Made by a program: the position numbers and the translations under genes. The notes beneath the pieces are model-generated. The model saw nothing but the letters and a program-made list of their open reading frames with translations. It made no database searches and was not told where the DNA came from. A DNA stretch of 63,179 bases, filler included, from Octopus bimaculoides (taxonomy: Eukaryota), in the NCBI RefSeq assembly GCF_001194135.2. It is 6 parts of 5 records of this genome, joined end to end, with 100 filler letters (N's around TTAATTAATTAA, not from the genome) between each part and the next. Parts side by side here need not be neighbours in the genome. Positions count along the whole stretch, not along the records: positions 4,567 to 28,256 come from NC_068991.1; 5 more parts are not named here. One strand, written 5' to 3'. Positions 12,655 to 25,866 of the stretch are shown piece by piece. Numbering within the stretch: the first letter of the stretch is position 1; the number at the start of each line of letters is the position of its first letter.

Positions 12655-13018
12655 CTTTCGATTCTGTTTCCTTCTCTTGCCGAGTGTCTTCCTGACAGTT
12701 AGAGCAAAGAAACGCACTATATATGTTTGTAGGCCATTAAACTAAACACACCACATTGTTCATTTACAAAGTTATGTGGTAGAGAAAAGGGGAAGAAAGA
12801 CAGAGAGAAAAAGGAAAAAATATAAAATATAAAAGTAAATAAAGAAAATAAAGGGCAAATAAGGAACGAAAATTCAGCGACAATATTCTTCTCAATACGC
12901 GTGACGTACGAGTTAAGACAATCTTTTGCACTTCCTGCATGGATGGTAATCCAGGGATCATTCTTAAATAATTTCCCTTTCCTTTTTTTATTATTCCAAG
13001 TGCTCCTACAATCACTAG
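12655..13018 (-). mobile_element. R4/Dong LINE 3' end, lineage 5
   Basis: IVGALGIIKKG..IPGLPSMQEVQKIVL..TSRVLRRILS, then a distinct 3' UTR and (AAT)n. Confidence 0.8.
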
Positions 13019-13204
13019 TATTATAACTGTCTTGAGATGCTATCTTTGCTCCTACTGCTGTGTGGTATTATTAAATTTTGTTTAGTTTCGACTTTTTTCT
13101 TGTACTTTAGATAATCATAAATATGTGAGGATTGGAGAGCATTGTAGGAGAAAGAGAACCAGCCTGGTGAATAGACTAAATTCCACTGGTCTGTAAACAG
13201 GTTC

Positions 13205-13870
13205 GGCATTTGGTTAGAAGGAGATCAACAATGGAGCGATTAGGAGACAGGGGAAGCGTCGGGTTTAAATGTTCTGCATATAACAAGCTTTACTTTTATA
13301 TGTCATACATGTTGGGGGCCTCTTAGACATCTACTACAACTGACAGCAGAACGAGAATATTCATAGTCCAGTGAGTTGTGTACAGATGGTATTGCTTAGA
13401 AAGGACCCAAACAAGGTAGATCAAATAAGAAATTTTAACTCTGCTAAACGCAGTTTTCAAAATTTTGTTTAAGGTGTTAGAGGTTGGTGGATTGTCATCG
13501 AAGGACTGATTGGAAATCTGCAAACATGCCCCATTCCAAGCAGATCTATCCACAGCAATCTCCACCTAATGTGATACATCATAGAAAGGATAGGTAAAGA
13601 AGCTGGCATAGGTGGGGCTCTGATCAATATTGATCAGTCAAAGCCTTTGAGAGAATCGACCACGAACATTAGGCAGCCGGTTTCGATTCCATTATTCGTG
13701 GCTGGATTGACGCAATGTATAGCGACATCTGCTCGGTAGCTCGAGTGAATGGTCACCAATCAGTATCATCCAGTACCATGCGCTCGGTTCGTCAAAGTTG
13801 TTTATTCTCGTCTTTTCTGTATATATTGACACAAAAGCCACTACTGTGGGAACTGGAAACGTTAGCAATG
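13205..13870 (+). mobile_element. Decayed Tx1/L1-type reverse transcriptase fragment
   Basis: Frameshifted VLLRKDPNK..TLLNAVFKIL..QTCPIPSRSIHSNLHL..GALINIDQSK(A)F..MYSDICSVARVNG..RSVRQ(G)C..S.FLY. Confidence 0.8.
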
Positions 13871-13982
13871 TTGCTCACCTATTTCAAATACTTTCTTCTC
13901 GAATTTTCTTCATATACTCCTGCAAGTTTTTTTCTCAGTTATTTTAGACATTGCTGACGATGTACAAAGTGAAAAAGATATC

Positions 13983-14206
13983 TTTTATCCTATACATGTT
14001 TCAGTCATTAGACTGCGGTCATGCTGGGGCACCGCCTTGAATTTTTAGGTGAATGAACCAACTCCAGTATTTATTTTTTCTTTTAAAGCCTAGTAATTAT
14101 CTCTTTTGTCGAATCGTCTAAGTTGCGGGGGCGCAAAGACACCAACACCGGTTGTCAAGCAATAGTGGGGGGAGAAACAGAAACCCAAAGACACATATAC
14201 ATATGT

Positions 14207-14266
<60 letters not shown>

Positions 14267-14678
14267 TCAACGGGTTTTTTCAGTTTCCGTTAACCAAATC
14301 CACTCACAAGGTTTTGCTCGGCCCGAGGCTATAATAGGTGACACTTGTCCAAGATGCCACTCAGTGGTACTGAACCCGGAACCATGTGGTTTAGAAGCAA
14401 GCTTCTTATTTCTTAACTGCCCACAAAGGACTACACACAGAGGGGACAAACAAGAACAGATAAAGGAATTAAGTCGATTACATCGACCCCAGTGCGTAAC
14501 TGGTACTTAATTTATCGACCCCGAAAGGATGAAAGGCAAAGTCGACCTCGGCGGAATTTGAACTCAGAACGTAACGGCAGACGAAATACTGCTAAGCATT
14601 TCGCCCGGCGTGCTAACGTTTCTGCCAGCTCGCCGCCTAGAAGCAAGCTTCTTACTACACAGCCGCGCCCTACGCCTA
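13983..14678 (-). mobile_element. SINE family A, interrupted by a family C insertion
   Basis: Tail about 13983-14190, (TG)n, head 14270-14408 resuming at 14638-14678. Confidence 0.75.
14409..14637 (-). mobile_element. tRNA-derived SINE family C (tail type 1) with 17-bp TSD
   Basis: Flanked by TAGAAGCAAGCTTCTTA at 14392-14408 and 14638-14654. B-box-like GAGTTCAAATTCC. Confidence 0.9.
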
Positions 14679-14699
14679 TTTTTCTTAACATAAATAATA

Positions 14700-14890
14700 A
14701 TAATAATAATCCTCTCTACTATTGGCACAACGCCTGAAATTTTGGAGAAGGCGACAAGTCTATTGCATCGACCCCTATTAATACTTAATATATCGACCCC
14801 GAAAGGATGAAACGCAAAATCGTCCAGACAGACGAAGTGCCACAATGCATTTTGCACGGTGTGCTCACGATTCTGCCAGCTCGCCGTCTT
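14700..14890 (-). mobile_element. SINE family C (tail type 2), internally deleted
   Basis: Head GGCGAGCTGGCAGAATCG, central CCTTTCGGGGTCGAT, and a tail like that at 59650-59695. Confidence 0.65.
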
Positions 14891-15233
14891 AATGCACTCT
14901 CGTTGTTATTATTTTTTTTATTGTTGTTGCTAGTTTTGCATTAGAAATTTATCTTTTAAGAGCTCATATCGGTGTCGATGCGACAGACTTGTTTTTGAGG
15001 ATTCCAAATAATCTTTTGAGATTTGGTTGATTATTTCAACTTTGTAGAGACAGATGTTTCTGACAACGGTAGTGAAGTCATAGAATAGTTGCATCGTGGA
15101 ATGCAATCTTGGCAATTTGTTATATTCTGCAACATTTTTTCATGGGGCTCCCAGATGTCCGAATACTTTTACATAAATACATAAATAAACCCACACACAC
15201 ACACGCACGCACACACACACACGCACACACACA

Positions 15234-15272
<39 letters not shown>

Positions 15273-15385
15273 GTATATATATATAAACAAATAAATATAT
15301 AAAGGAAATAACTGATAATCTGAGCCACAAGGAAAAGAATGTGAGATCAGAAACTATCCAGAACTATGTCTTAAGTATTGAGATG

Positions 15386-15439
<54 letters not shown>

Positions 15440-15640
15440 CACTGGCGCTACTGCCCCCCGATCACTCATGCCTCTGTCATCGCATTTATCAGCGATACAA
15501 TCAGCCTTTTATCGCCACAAGCGCCATAGAGACCAACCGGCTTTTTGACCATCACATTCCTCACTCCGTACAAGCTCCAACAAAAAACATCACCAGTCAG
15601 GGCCTAGCACCGGACATAGGAACCCATAATCAACATTAAC

Positions 15641-15698
<58 letters not shown>

Positions 15699-15924
15699 GT
15701 TATCATCGCCATTACTGAGAGCGGCGGCGTCGTCAGCTACGGCAGAATATCACTGCCATTCACAATCAGCAGCAAGTTCACCACATCAAGCAGATGAAAC
15801 ACTATCACACTGAGTGATTACATCGCAGCTATCGGCGCCTTTAGCATTGACCAATTACAGTGCTATGCCAGCCCCTAACACCGTCCATAACGCTCTCAAC
15901 AAACCCCAAAGCGGCCACTGTTTA

Positions 15925-15961
15925 TGCGACCTCAAGCTCACCCCAAAACACAGTCTACTCT

Positions 15962-16031
<70 letters not shown>

Positions 16032-16260
16032 ATCCTCTCTCTATTTCTTTCTTCCTTTCTCTCTCCCTCTCACTCTCTCTCACTCTATCTTTCTTTCTAC
16101 CTCCCTCTCTCTCTCTCTCCCTGCTTCTCTATCACGCTTTCCGAAAGCTATATTACTCTCACTCTCTTTCTCTCTCTTACACTCGTTACTCCTCTATTCC
16201 TCTCTCCCGCCATTTTTCCTCTCTCTATCCCTCTCTCCCATATTCTCACAGTGTTTCATT
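15925..16260. repeat. (CT)n-rich tract
   Basis: Visible dinucleotide repeats, densest at 15960-16110. Confidence 0.8.
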
Positions 16261-16354
16261 AAGCTACTGACCCCTCCCCCAACACCTCCTTATGATGACC
16301 ATCTGACAACGCCCATTCCATTTTGTTGATGGTTATCAGGAATACCGTTCAACT

Positions 16355-16377
16355 ACTACATGTACTACTACTACTAC

Positions 16378-16428
<51 letters not shown>

Positions 16429-16547
16429 CACTACCAATGCTACAAATACTACCACACCTATTAATACTACTATTACTACGAGTCTTACAGCTGCTACTAG
16501 CACTAATGATGGTGCAGATACTTCAGCTAACAATGCAACTACTGCTG

Positions 16548-16592
<45 letters not shown>

Positions 16593-17045
16593 NNNNNNNN
16601 NNACTACTGCTACTACTACTACTATAACTACTACTACCACCACTTGTAATACTACAACTATTATGACTAATACTACTACTTGTACTATTACTGCTACAAC
16701 TACAGTTACCACCACTACTACTACTACTTCAACTACTACTACTACTACTACTACCACCGCTTGCACTACTACAACTACTACGACTACTACTACTGTTACA
16801 ACTTCAGCTACTTCTGCTACTACTACTATTAATTGTACTACAACAACAACAACAACAATAACTACTACTACTACTTGTACTACTGCTACTACTGCTGCTG
16901 CTGCTGTTGTTACTGCTGATACTACTAACACCACTTCACTAGCACACAAAGAACTACAGTAAAAAATAAAGAGCACCAGGACCTCCGCTGCACTCAACAC
17001 CACCTCCACCACCACTACTTCCGCCATCATCACTACCAACAACAT
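16355..17045. repeat. Long degenerate (CTA)n/(ACT)n microsatellite
   Basis: Tandem trinucleotide. It accounts for the poly-T, poly-L, poly-Y and poly-V ORFs here. Confidence 0.9.
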
Positions 17046-17894
17046 CATTTATCGGTGCTCACCTCTGATATCATAGACACCCCTTCCCACAAATATTATG
17101 TTATCCATTATTATGACATCATCCATCACCAANNNNNNNNNNNNNNNNNNNNNNNNNNNNNNNNNNNNNNNNNNNNNNNNNNNNNNNNNNNNNNNNNNNN
17201 NNNNNNNNNNNNNNNNNNNNNNNNNNNNNNNNNNNNNNNNNNNNNNNNNNNNNNNNNNNNNNNNNNNNNNNNNNNNNNNNNNNNNNNNNNNNNNNNNNNN
17301 NNNNNNNNNNNNNNNNNNNNNNNNNNNNNNNNNNNNNNNNNNNNNNNNNNNNNNNNNNNNNNNNNNNNNNNNNNNNNNNNNNNNNNNNNNNNNNNNNNNN
17401 NNNNNNNNNNNNNNNNNNNNNNNNNNNNNNNNNNNNNNNNNNNNNNNNNNNNNNNNNNNNNNNNNNNNNNNNNNNNNNNNNNNNNNNNNNNNNNNNNNNN
17501 NNNNNNNNNNNNNNNNNNNNNNNNNNNNNNNNNNNNNNNNNNNNNNNNNNNNNNNNNNNNNNNNNNNNNNNNNNNNNNNNNNNNNNNNNNNNNNNNNNNN
17601 NNNNNNNNNNNNNNNNNNNNNNNNNNNNNNNNNNNNNNNNNNNNNNNNNNNNNNNNNNNNNNNNNNNNNNNNNNNNNNNNNNNNNNNNNNNNNNNNNNNN
17701 NNNNNNNNNNNNNNNNNNNNNNNNNNNNNNNNNNNNNNNNNNNNNAAGAAATTAATTTCACAATTACCATCATCATCATCATTTTGTGTGTTTCAGTCTT
17801 TGGAGAACGGCCATGCTGTAGCCACTAATCTACAGAATTTTAGTCGGACATTTCGACCCCACTACGTTTTTTGTTTCTTTCAAGTGTGATACTT

Positions 17895-18070
17895 ATTCTA
17901 CCGATAAGTTTCAGATGTAACAAATTAGTCTACCAAATCCACTCACGTGGCTTCGGTTACCTCGAGGTTATAGTAGAAAGCTTTTGCACAAGATGCCACA
18001 GAATGGAACTGAACCCTGACCTATGTTCATAGGAAGCACACTTCTTACCACACAGCCACTCCAGCGCCTA
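17895..18070 (-). mobile_element. Degenerate SINE family A head
   Basis: Similar to 3195-3358. Confidence 0.65.
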
Positions 18071-18099
18071 TATATTATTTTGTCTTGGTATAAAAGATG

Positions 18100-18562
18100 G
18101 GCTACAGCAAATATTCTGCTCAATACCACAGATTTACTTGTCACTTGTTTGACCATAACCAGTTGAGTATGTCCCTTAGTGGTTGACGATATGTGCATCA
18201 CTGATCATGAGCAGAAGTAGTGGGAGAGCATCATAGCCATGTGTTGAGAGGAATTTTTCGGGGTTTGGATAATTCACCTATGGAAATATGGGTGTTCCGT
18301 TCAACGTCCTTAAACAACGCATATTCACGGACCTTTTGAGTGGGATGGGCTACTTGACCTGAAGAAAATTCTAACTGAGCCCCACCTGCCAGGTAATGCG
18401 CTGTTTATCATGATATAAGATCACTATGTCGCTCACATATGGTTGTGATGCATGTGCCTGGTGTACCCTTATCAGACGGGTAGTAATGATGGATATACTG
18501 GGTTTCGTATATTTTACCCCCAGTTTCACTTTGATGGCATGCACTGCTCTCTCACTCAATAA
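18100..18562 (+). mobile_element. Probable non-coding interspersed repeat ending in an AAT tail
   Basis: Higher GC, no ORF, ends CTCTCTCACTC-AATAATAAT. There is no second copy in the window, so the call rests on appearance and memory only. Confidence 0.35.
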
Positions 18563-18569
18563 TAATAAT

Positions 18570-19110
18570 AGGACTCATACTAAAAACTGAATTCAACTCC
18601 AAAAATCGCATCGAAGCCATTAACACTCTTGCACTTTCAGTAATTCAATACAGTTTTAACATCATTAAATGGAATCTTATTGATCTCCAAGGCTTGAACA
18701 GGAATACAAAAGAAAATTACTAATATCTAAGAAAATGCACCACCCAAAAGCAGACTTTGATCGTCTGCAGCTATTTAGAAGTAATGAGGTAAGAGGAATG
18801 ATACAGGTAGAACTGTGCTATAAGACCTCCACAATAACAACGAACAAGTACTTACTTAGTACTGAGGACTGGATGCTGCGGCTTTTGTGCAAACACGAAA
18901 GCAGCAAAAAATTACATTGCATTATCAAGGAAGCTTGCAAATTCGCAAAGGAAGTCGTCATTAATAGTGAATTAGATGAAGAATCTGAAACCATTAAATA
19001 AGCAAAGCTGATCAAACTGACTGCGAAAAAGAACGGCAGAAGCAAATTGAGCCAGAGGCCAATGCACGGACAGTGTATACTTCGAAACTGAAATGTTGAT
19101 GGAGGTCAAG
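18570..19110 (+). mobile_element. R4/Dong LINE post-RT fragment, lineage 3
   Basis: EFNSKNRIEAINTLAL..YSFNII.W..MHHPKAD.DRL.L.R...RG.IQVELCYK. Follows AATAATAAT and ends at a gap. Confidence 0.8.
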
Positions 19111-19650
19111 NNNNNNNNNNNNNNNNNNNNNNNNNNNNNNNNNNNNNNNNNNNNNNNNNNNNNNNNNNNNNNNNNNNNNNNNNNNNNNNNNNNNNNNNNN
19201 NNNNNNNNNNNNNNNNNNNNNNNNNNNNNNNNNNNNNNNNNNNNNNNNNNNNNNNNNNNNNNNNNNNNNNNNNNNNNNNNNNNNNNNNNNNNNNNNNNNN
19301 NNNNNNNNNNNNNNNNNNNNNNNNNNNNNNNNNNNNNNNNNNNNNNNNNNNNNNNNNNNNNNNNNNNNNNNNNNNNNNNNNNNNNNNNNNNNNNNNNNNN
19401 NNNNNNNNNNNNNNNNNNNNNNNNNNNNNNNNNNNNNNNNNNNNNNNNNNNNNNNNNNNNNNNNNNNNNNNNNNNNNNNNNNNNNNNNNNNNNNNNNNNN
19501 NNNNNNNNNNNNNNNNNNNNNNNNNNNNNNNNNNNNNNNNNNNNNNNNNNNNNNNNNNNNNNNNNNNNNNNNNNNNNNNNNNNNNNNNNNNNNNNNNNNN
19601 NNNNNNNNNNNNNNNNNNNNNNNNNNNNNNNNNNNNNNNNNNNNNNNNNN

Positions 19651-19719
<69 letters not shown>

Positions 19720-21142
19720 ATATACACGTATGTATGATTGTATGTATATATATTAACCTCCAAGAAATACCAGAGAAATTACTGCTACATCCGGATGCGT
19801 TCGGACCAAGAACAACTTTCGGCTCTAATTGGTTATAATACCCCAAAATATGACTTAAAAATTCGCACCAAGAGGGGCTGCTATGTTAGAGGTTACTGCT
19901 TGACATAGGATGACACCCAAGAAAAGCTATGTTTAAACTACACACATATAGACACACACAAACATGCACGCGGACACACTTGTACTCAGGTGTATGTATG
20001 TATGTATGTATGTATGTATGAATGTATGTGTAACTCCATTTATATATCTATCTATCTACCTCTTTATATATATACATACATACATACATACACATCTGCT
20101 ACATATGTGGAAATCTGTTGGTGTGTTTGTTTGTGGCGTTATTATCTAACTCCTCCTACATCGTTTTATCGATTTGGATGAAACTGGACACGTGAGTAGC
20201 ACTCATGTCTAGAAAACTAGTGACATACTTAGATTGTTGAAGAAATCGATAATAGGGCCCTGGAAGGGATTATTATATCTACTACATATAACTAATATAT
20301 TATTTTTAAACATCCAAGGGAAATATCTCATTGGCTCCTGAAAGGGATCCTTATATATAGCCAAGGGAAATAACCGATTCATGTTCGTAAATTATTTTGT
20401 ATGAATCAAATTGAGTATGTTTATTTGTTAGTATTTGAACTATTTGAGTTATTTTCACAATTTATCCAGTACAACGCTTAAATAAGCAAATAGTATTTTC
20501 CTAAACAATAGATCCACTTATTTCGGTTAGTGACTTATTCACGAATATACCAACACTAGTGCCACTGAGGGTAATATTCTCTGCGAACACACAAAAGCTT
20601 TTTTCAGAGTTATTTACTTTGAATTGTTCTTATCTCATATCCGATTAGCCTGTTGTTACGTAACATGCTTCACGATTTTAGTATACATACCTTATTAGTA
20701 TTTCCTCTTAAGTTCTATGTACTCTGGGGACGTATTAAAGCCCTTTTTGGGGGCTACTTTATTTTAATTCTTACTATCGGGTAATTAATTTCATATTATT
20801 TACATAACTGACTTCACAATTTGGATAGTCATAACTTATTGTGAATTCCTAAAAACAAGATCCTGTGTAAGACAGTTCGGCGTTCTCTTTAAATGCACTA
20901 AAACCGTTTTAAGGGCTACGTACTTTGAGTTGTTACTGGATTAGCGAAACAATTATGAGATCAGAACCAAAGGATAAGCCCCGCTTTCCCGGGAATTACC
21001 GGGTACGTCAGCTAGTACATATATGTATATCCACATCACTATCTATCTATCTTGCTATACACACACACAAACACACACACAATCCTTTTGTTGTCTACAC
21101 CACCTGTCCTCGTCTGTTGTTGTTTTTTTCGTAAATTCTCCC

Positions 21143-21195
<53 letters not shown>

Positions 21196-21196
<1 letters not shown>

Positions 21197-21440
21197 TGGC
21201 GCATGCCCTAGTGGTCAGGGTGTTGTACTCACGATCACGTGATCGTTATTTCAATTCCTATAACGAGTGGTGCTTTGTGTTCTTGAGCAAATCTGTTCAT
21301 CTCACGTTGCTCTGCGGTAACTTCGACACCTCACACGTGACACACTGTGCATGTGTTCAGGCAACGTCGATTTGATGGAGAGAGTGAGGTAATGTGCGAC
21401 ACGAATATTTGATCACTATAAACAAATCATTTGTGCAAAA
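21196..21440 (+). mobile_element. tRNA-derived SINE family E (degenerate)
   Basis: GGCGCATGCCCTAGTGG A-box-like, decayed B box, and GTGTTCTTGAGCAA core-like motif. Confidence 0.5.
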
Positions 21441-21480
21441 ACCTGATCATGCATACATCATCATCGACGGAAGAGACCAT

Positions 21481-21526
<46 letters not shown>

Positions 21527-21914
21527 CGTGTGCGAGAGAGAAAGAGTGTATAATATATATATATATATATATATATANNNNNNNNNNNNNNNNNNNNNNN
21601 NNNNNNNNNNNNNNNNNNNNNNNNNNNNNNNNNNNNNNNNNNNNNNNNNNNNNNNNNNNNNNNNNNNNNNNNNNNNNNNNNNNNNNNNNNNNNNNNNNNN
21701 NNNNNNNNNNNNNNNNNNNNNNNNNNNNNNNNNNNNNNNNNNNNNNNNNNNNNNNNNNNNNNNNNNNNNNNNNNNNNNNNNNNNNATATATATACATATA
21801 TGTATGTATAAATTATATATGTACTTATGTGTGACAGACAGACAGACAAACAGATAGATACATTTCTTTTATTAGCCACACAGGGCTCAACGAAGATGGG
21901 ACAAATACAATGTA

Positions 21915-22037
21915 GAGCAGATAGATAGATAGATAGATAGTTAGATAGATAGATACGGACATTGGTGTGTAAATGAAAAGGTACTACTACTACTAGTACT
22001 ACTACTGCTATTGCTGCTGCTGCTGCTGCTATTACTG

Positions 22038-22079
<42 letters not shown>

Positions 22080-22080
22080 A
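21915..22080. repeat. (ATAG)n and (CTA)n/(CTG)n microsatellites
   Basis: Visible tandem repeats. Confidence 0.85.
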
Positions 22081-23882
22081 TCAGCCTTATTCTCACGTTC
22101 TGTCAACCCAAACTGATGAGTCGTTTTGTGTTTAATGTACGAAACTATGTGTACCATTATCGTTAATCTTCCAGTTCTTATTAATTGTTATTGCAATCAG
22201 TGCAGTTGTTATTGTCTATCTTGCAGTTGTAGTTGCTTTTACTACTACTGCTGCTGCTGCTGCTCTTGTCGTCATTATTTGATTGTTAACATCGTTGTTG
22301 TCGAGTTCGCTTCATCCTACCTTATAATTCATTTCGTGTTTTGCTTGTTCTTCCTAGTGCCCCTTTTTGCTAACTGGGCTTTTTTTCTTCTTCCACGGTG
22401 CTGTTGTAACTGTTGTTATTGCTTTTGTTGTCAATGCGGTGGTTCCTTGTCTTAATTTTTGCTTCTTTATTTTGTATCTGCCTTGTGTGAACATGGGCAA
22501 TGCGTTTGCGTGCATTTCTACATGCCTGTATTTATATCTGTATGTAGGCGTGCGTGCATACATTTTCGTAATTGTTGTCATAATTGCTATTGTTAAACTA
22601 GAAATATAATCTAACTGCCTTCCCCACTTCCTCTTCCTCTTCCTCTCCATCACGCATTTTTGTTTCATCGATCTCTTTCTCAGCACCACCAATCATATTC
22701 TTGAGAGATTTCTCCTTAACAACGCATAAGAGCTATAACAAATAATAGCAGTTTAAAGACGTCACCCTGCCTACCCTCTTCAGGACCGTCCAAGCTCATA
22801 TTCCATAAACTCTTACCCCACAATTCCTGCTTAAAACTGTTCCTTTTGTTTCAGCCCTACCACAATTCCATTGCATTTACTGCTTATTTATTGCTATACG
22901 TTTATTGATTAATATTATTATTTCATTTTATTCATTTTATTTCTTTTCATATATACGTACATGTAAATATGCGAAGAGTTGCATGCCTAATTCTTGCCNN
23001 NNNNNNNNNNNNNNNNNNNNNNNNNNNNNNNNNNNNNNNNNNNNNNNNNNNNNNNNNNNNNNNNNNNNNNNNNNNNNNNNNNNNNNNNNNNNNNNNNNNN
23101 NNNNNNNNNNNNNNNNNNNNNNNNNNNNNNNNNNNNNNNNNNNNNNNNNNNNNNNNNNNNNNNNNNNNNNNNNNNNNNNNNNNNNNNNNNNNNNNNNNNN
23201 NNNNNNNNNNNNNNNNNNNNNNNNNNNNNNNNNNNNNNNNNNNNNNNNNNNNNNNNNNNNNNNNNNNNNNNNNNNNNNNNNNNNNNNNNNNNNNNNNNNN
23301 NNNNNNNNNNNNNNNNNNNNNNNNNNNNNNNNNNNNNNNNNNNNNNNNNNNNNNNNNNNNNNNNNNNNNNNNNNNNNNNNNNNNNNNNNNNNNNNNNNNN
23401 NNNNNNNNNNNNNNNNNNNNNNNNNNNNNNNNNNNNNNNNNNNNNNNNNNNNNNNNNNNNNNNNNNNNNNNNNNNNNNNNNNNNNNNNNNNNNNNNNNNN
23501 NNNNNNNNNNNNNNNNNNNNNNNNNNNNNNNNNNNNNNNNNNNNNNNNNNNNNNNNNNNNNNNNNNNNNNNNNNNNNNNNNNNNNNNNNNNNNNNNNNNN
23601 NNNNNNNNNNNNNNNNNNNNNNNNNNNNNNNNNNNNNNNNNNNNNNNNNNNNNNNNNNNNNNNNNNNNNNNNNNNNNNNNNNNNNNNNNNNNNNNNNNNN
23701 NNNNNNNNNNNNNNNNNNNNNNNNNNNNNNNNNNNNNNNNNNNNNNNNNNNNNNNNNNNNNNNNNNNNNNNNNNNNNNNNNNNNNNNNNNNNNNNNNNNN
23801 NNNNNNNNNNNNNNNNNNNNNNNNNNNNNNNNNNNNNNNNNNNNNNNNNNNNNNNNNNNNNNNNNNNNNNNNNNNNNNNNNN

Positions 23883-24180
23883 TGGTGATGGTGGTGGTGG
23901 TGGTGGTGGTGGTGGTGGCGTTGGTGGTGGTGACTTAGAAGAGGCGAAAGAGGATGATGGATATGATGATGATGATGATAATGACGGTGGTGATGATGAA
24001 GAAGACGAGGAGACCATTATGATGACGACAACGACGACAATTCCAAGTTCGATTTCATGTCCGTTATTTGTTTTCATGGGTCATAATCATCATCATCATC
24101 ATTGTCATTATTATCATTATTATTATAACTATCATTATTGTTGTTGTCATTGTTGGTGTTGTCATTTTTGTCGTTAATTG
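23883..24180. repeat. (GGT)n/(GAT)n/(CAT)n compound low-complexity tract
   Basis: Visible tandem repeats next to a gap. Confidence 0.8.
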
Positions 24181-24597
24181 TTGCTATTGATTTCTTTTAG
24201 CCCCCGAGCAGAACAGTATCAACATTTTTTCAATCCACGACCAATTCCGACATTTTTCTCGAACATTTCGTATCCAGAACTATATTACAGAATTTTGTTT
24301 TGTTTTTTTTTTCTTTTTCAAAACCGGGAAATTTAGTTGATATTTCTAATCACATCTAGGAGAGAGTTTCGTTTCCAATAATCATTTGGCGATATTTCTT
24401 TCCAAAGCTAATGGATAAACGCCACAACACATCTTTACATCAGCAACAATATAAATTACATTTTTCAAATTCAAATCGTGGAACCATTGTTATTATTGTT
24501 TGTAGAGATACCGAATTCCGTTGTTACGCTCTGGATCCTGTTCGGAAACACAATTTTGAAGACTTTATCTAAAAGTCACAATAAATAAATAAATACA

Positions 24598-24628
<31 letters not shown>

Positions 24629-25514
24629 ATAGATAAATAAAAAGATAAATAAACTGTAAGACAGCCACGCTACTGCAGTTTTCGTCTTGAGAAAGCAATT
24701 CAAATAGATGTATAGTGCTACAAAATCCAGTAGTAGCAGTAACAGACGAATATTATCCAGCAGCGCTGGTGGGTTTGCTAGATCCGGAATTTCTGCGTAT
24801 TTGCGCGTCGTCAGCAGCAAGTATCCACTATCAACTGCATGCTTAGACACATTTCGTTTCTACTAGTACAGAAAAACAGGCATTGCCTGATCATTGGTGA
24901 TAGCTGTAAAAATTTCGTCGCTAATAACGAAAATTAAATAAAAATCTCTATTTAATCCCACGAACGGTTTAATATAGTTTCATGTTGACCAACAAATCAT
25001 GGAGCTGTAGAGTAGACTGCAGCCAATAAAATTTGACAGTAGTCATCTAAGCTGGATTCTTAATCGTTGAATGTGGAGGTAGTCAGTGTTAAGACTTTGT
25101 GTCTATGTAAATATGAAGAGTGAATCTCAGACATACCAACTATTAGAATTTGGGAATATTTGTCACAATTGACCACATGAGACATACATGCGCACGCAAC
25201 AGAAAGGCAGACTGATAAAGAGAGAGGGAAAGAGAGAAGGAGAGAGAGAAAGAAAGAGAGAGAGACGGAGAAACAGACAAACAGACAGACAATCAGACAA
25301 AGTGACAGACAATCAGACAAAGAGACAATGCAGTCCTGCCATTCCAGCATCTTTAGGACCTAGGCAGAGACAGATTATCAAATATGTAATTATCATTTTC
25401 TAACAGCCGAAGTATTCTGAAATTTCTTTAACAGGACAAAGTATATTTACAAATGTTATTTGTCTTTTTAAATTTCTAAAGCACATCACTTAACTTTAGA
25501 CATATAACCCTCCA

Positions 25515-25866
25515 GGAGGCGCAATGGTCCAGTGGTTAGAGCAGCGGACTCGCGGTCATAGGATCACGGTTTCGATTCTCAGACCGGGCGTTGTGAGTGT
25601 TTATTGAGCGAAAACACCTAAAGCTCCACGAGGCTCCGGCAGGGGATGGTGGCGAACCCTGCTGTACTCTTACACCACAACTTTCACTCTTACTTCCTGT
25701 TTCTGTTGTGCCTGTGTCACGCTGAATATCCCCGAGAACTACGTTAAGGGTACACGTGTCTGTGGAGTGTTCAGCCACTTGTACATTAATCTCACGAGCA
25801 GGATGTTCCGTTGATCTGATCAACTGGAACCTTCGACGTCGTAAGCGACGGAGTGCCAACAACAAC
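25515..25866 (+). mobile_element. tRNA-derived SINE family D variant
   Basis: TGGTCCAGTGG A box and GGTTTCGATTC B box. Tail shared with 11101-11220; ends in (AAC)n. Confidence 0.75.

Noticed and set aside
16590-17048. Poly-Thr (mucin-like) and poly-Val ORFs
   Set aside because: They are translations of a degenerate (ACT)n microsatellite, with no splice or domain support.
17055-24177. Long ORFs of 200-400 aa
   Set aside because: They are mostly X residues read through N gaps; the same applies at 53683-54681 and 59679-62691.
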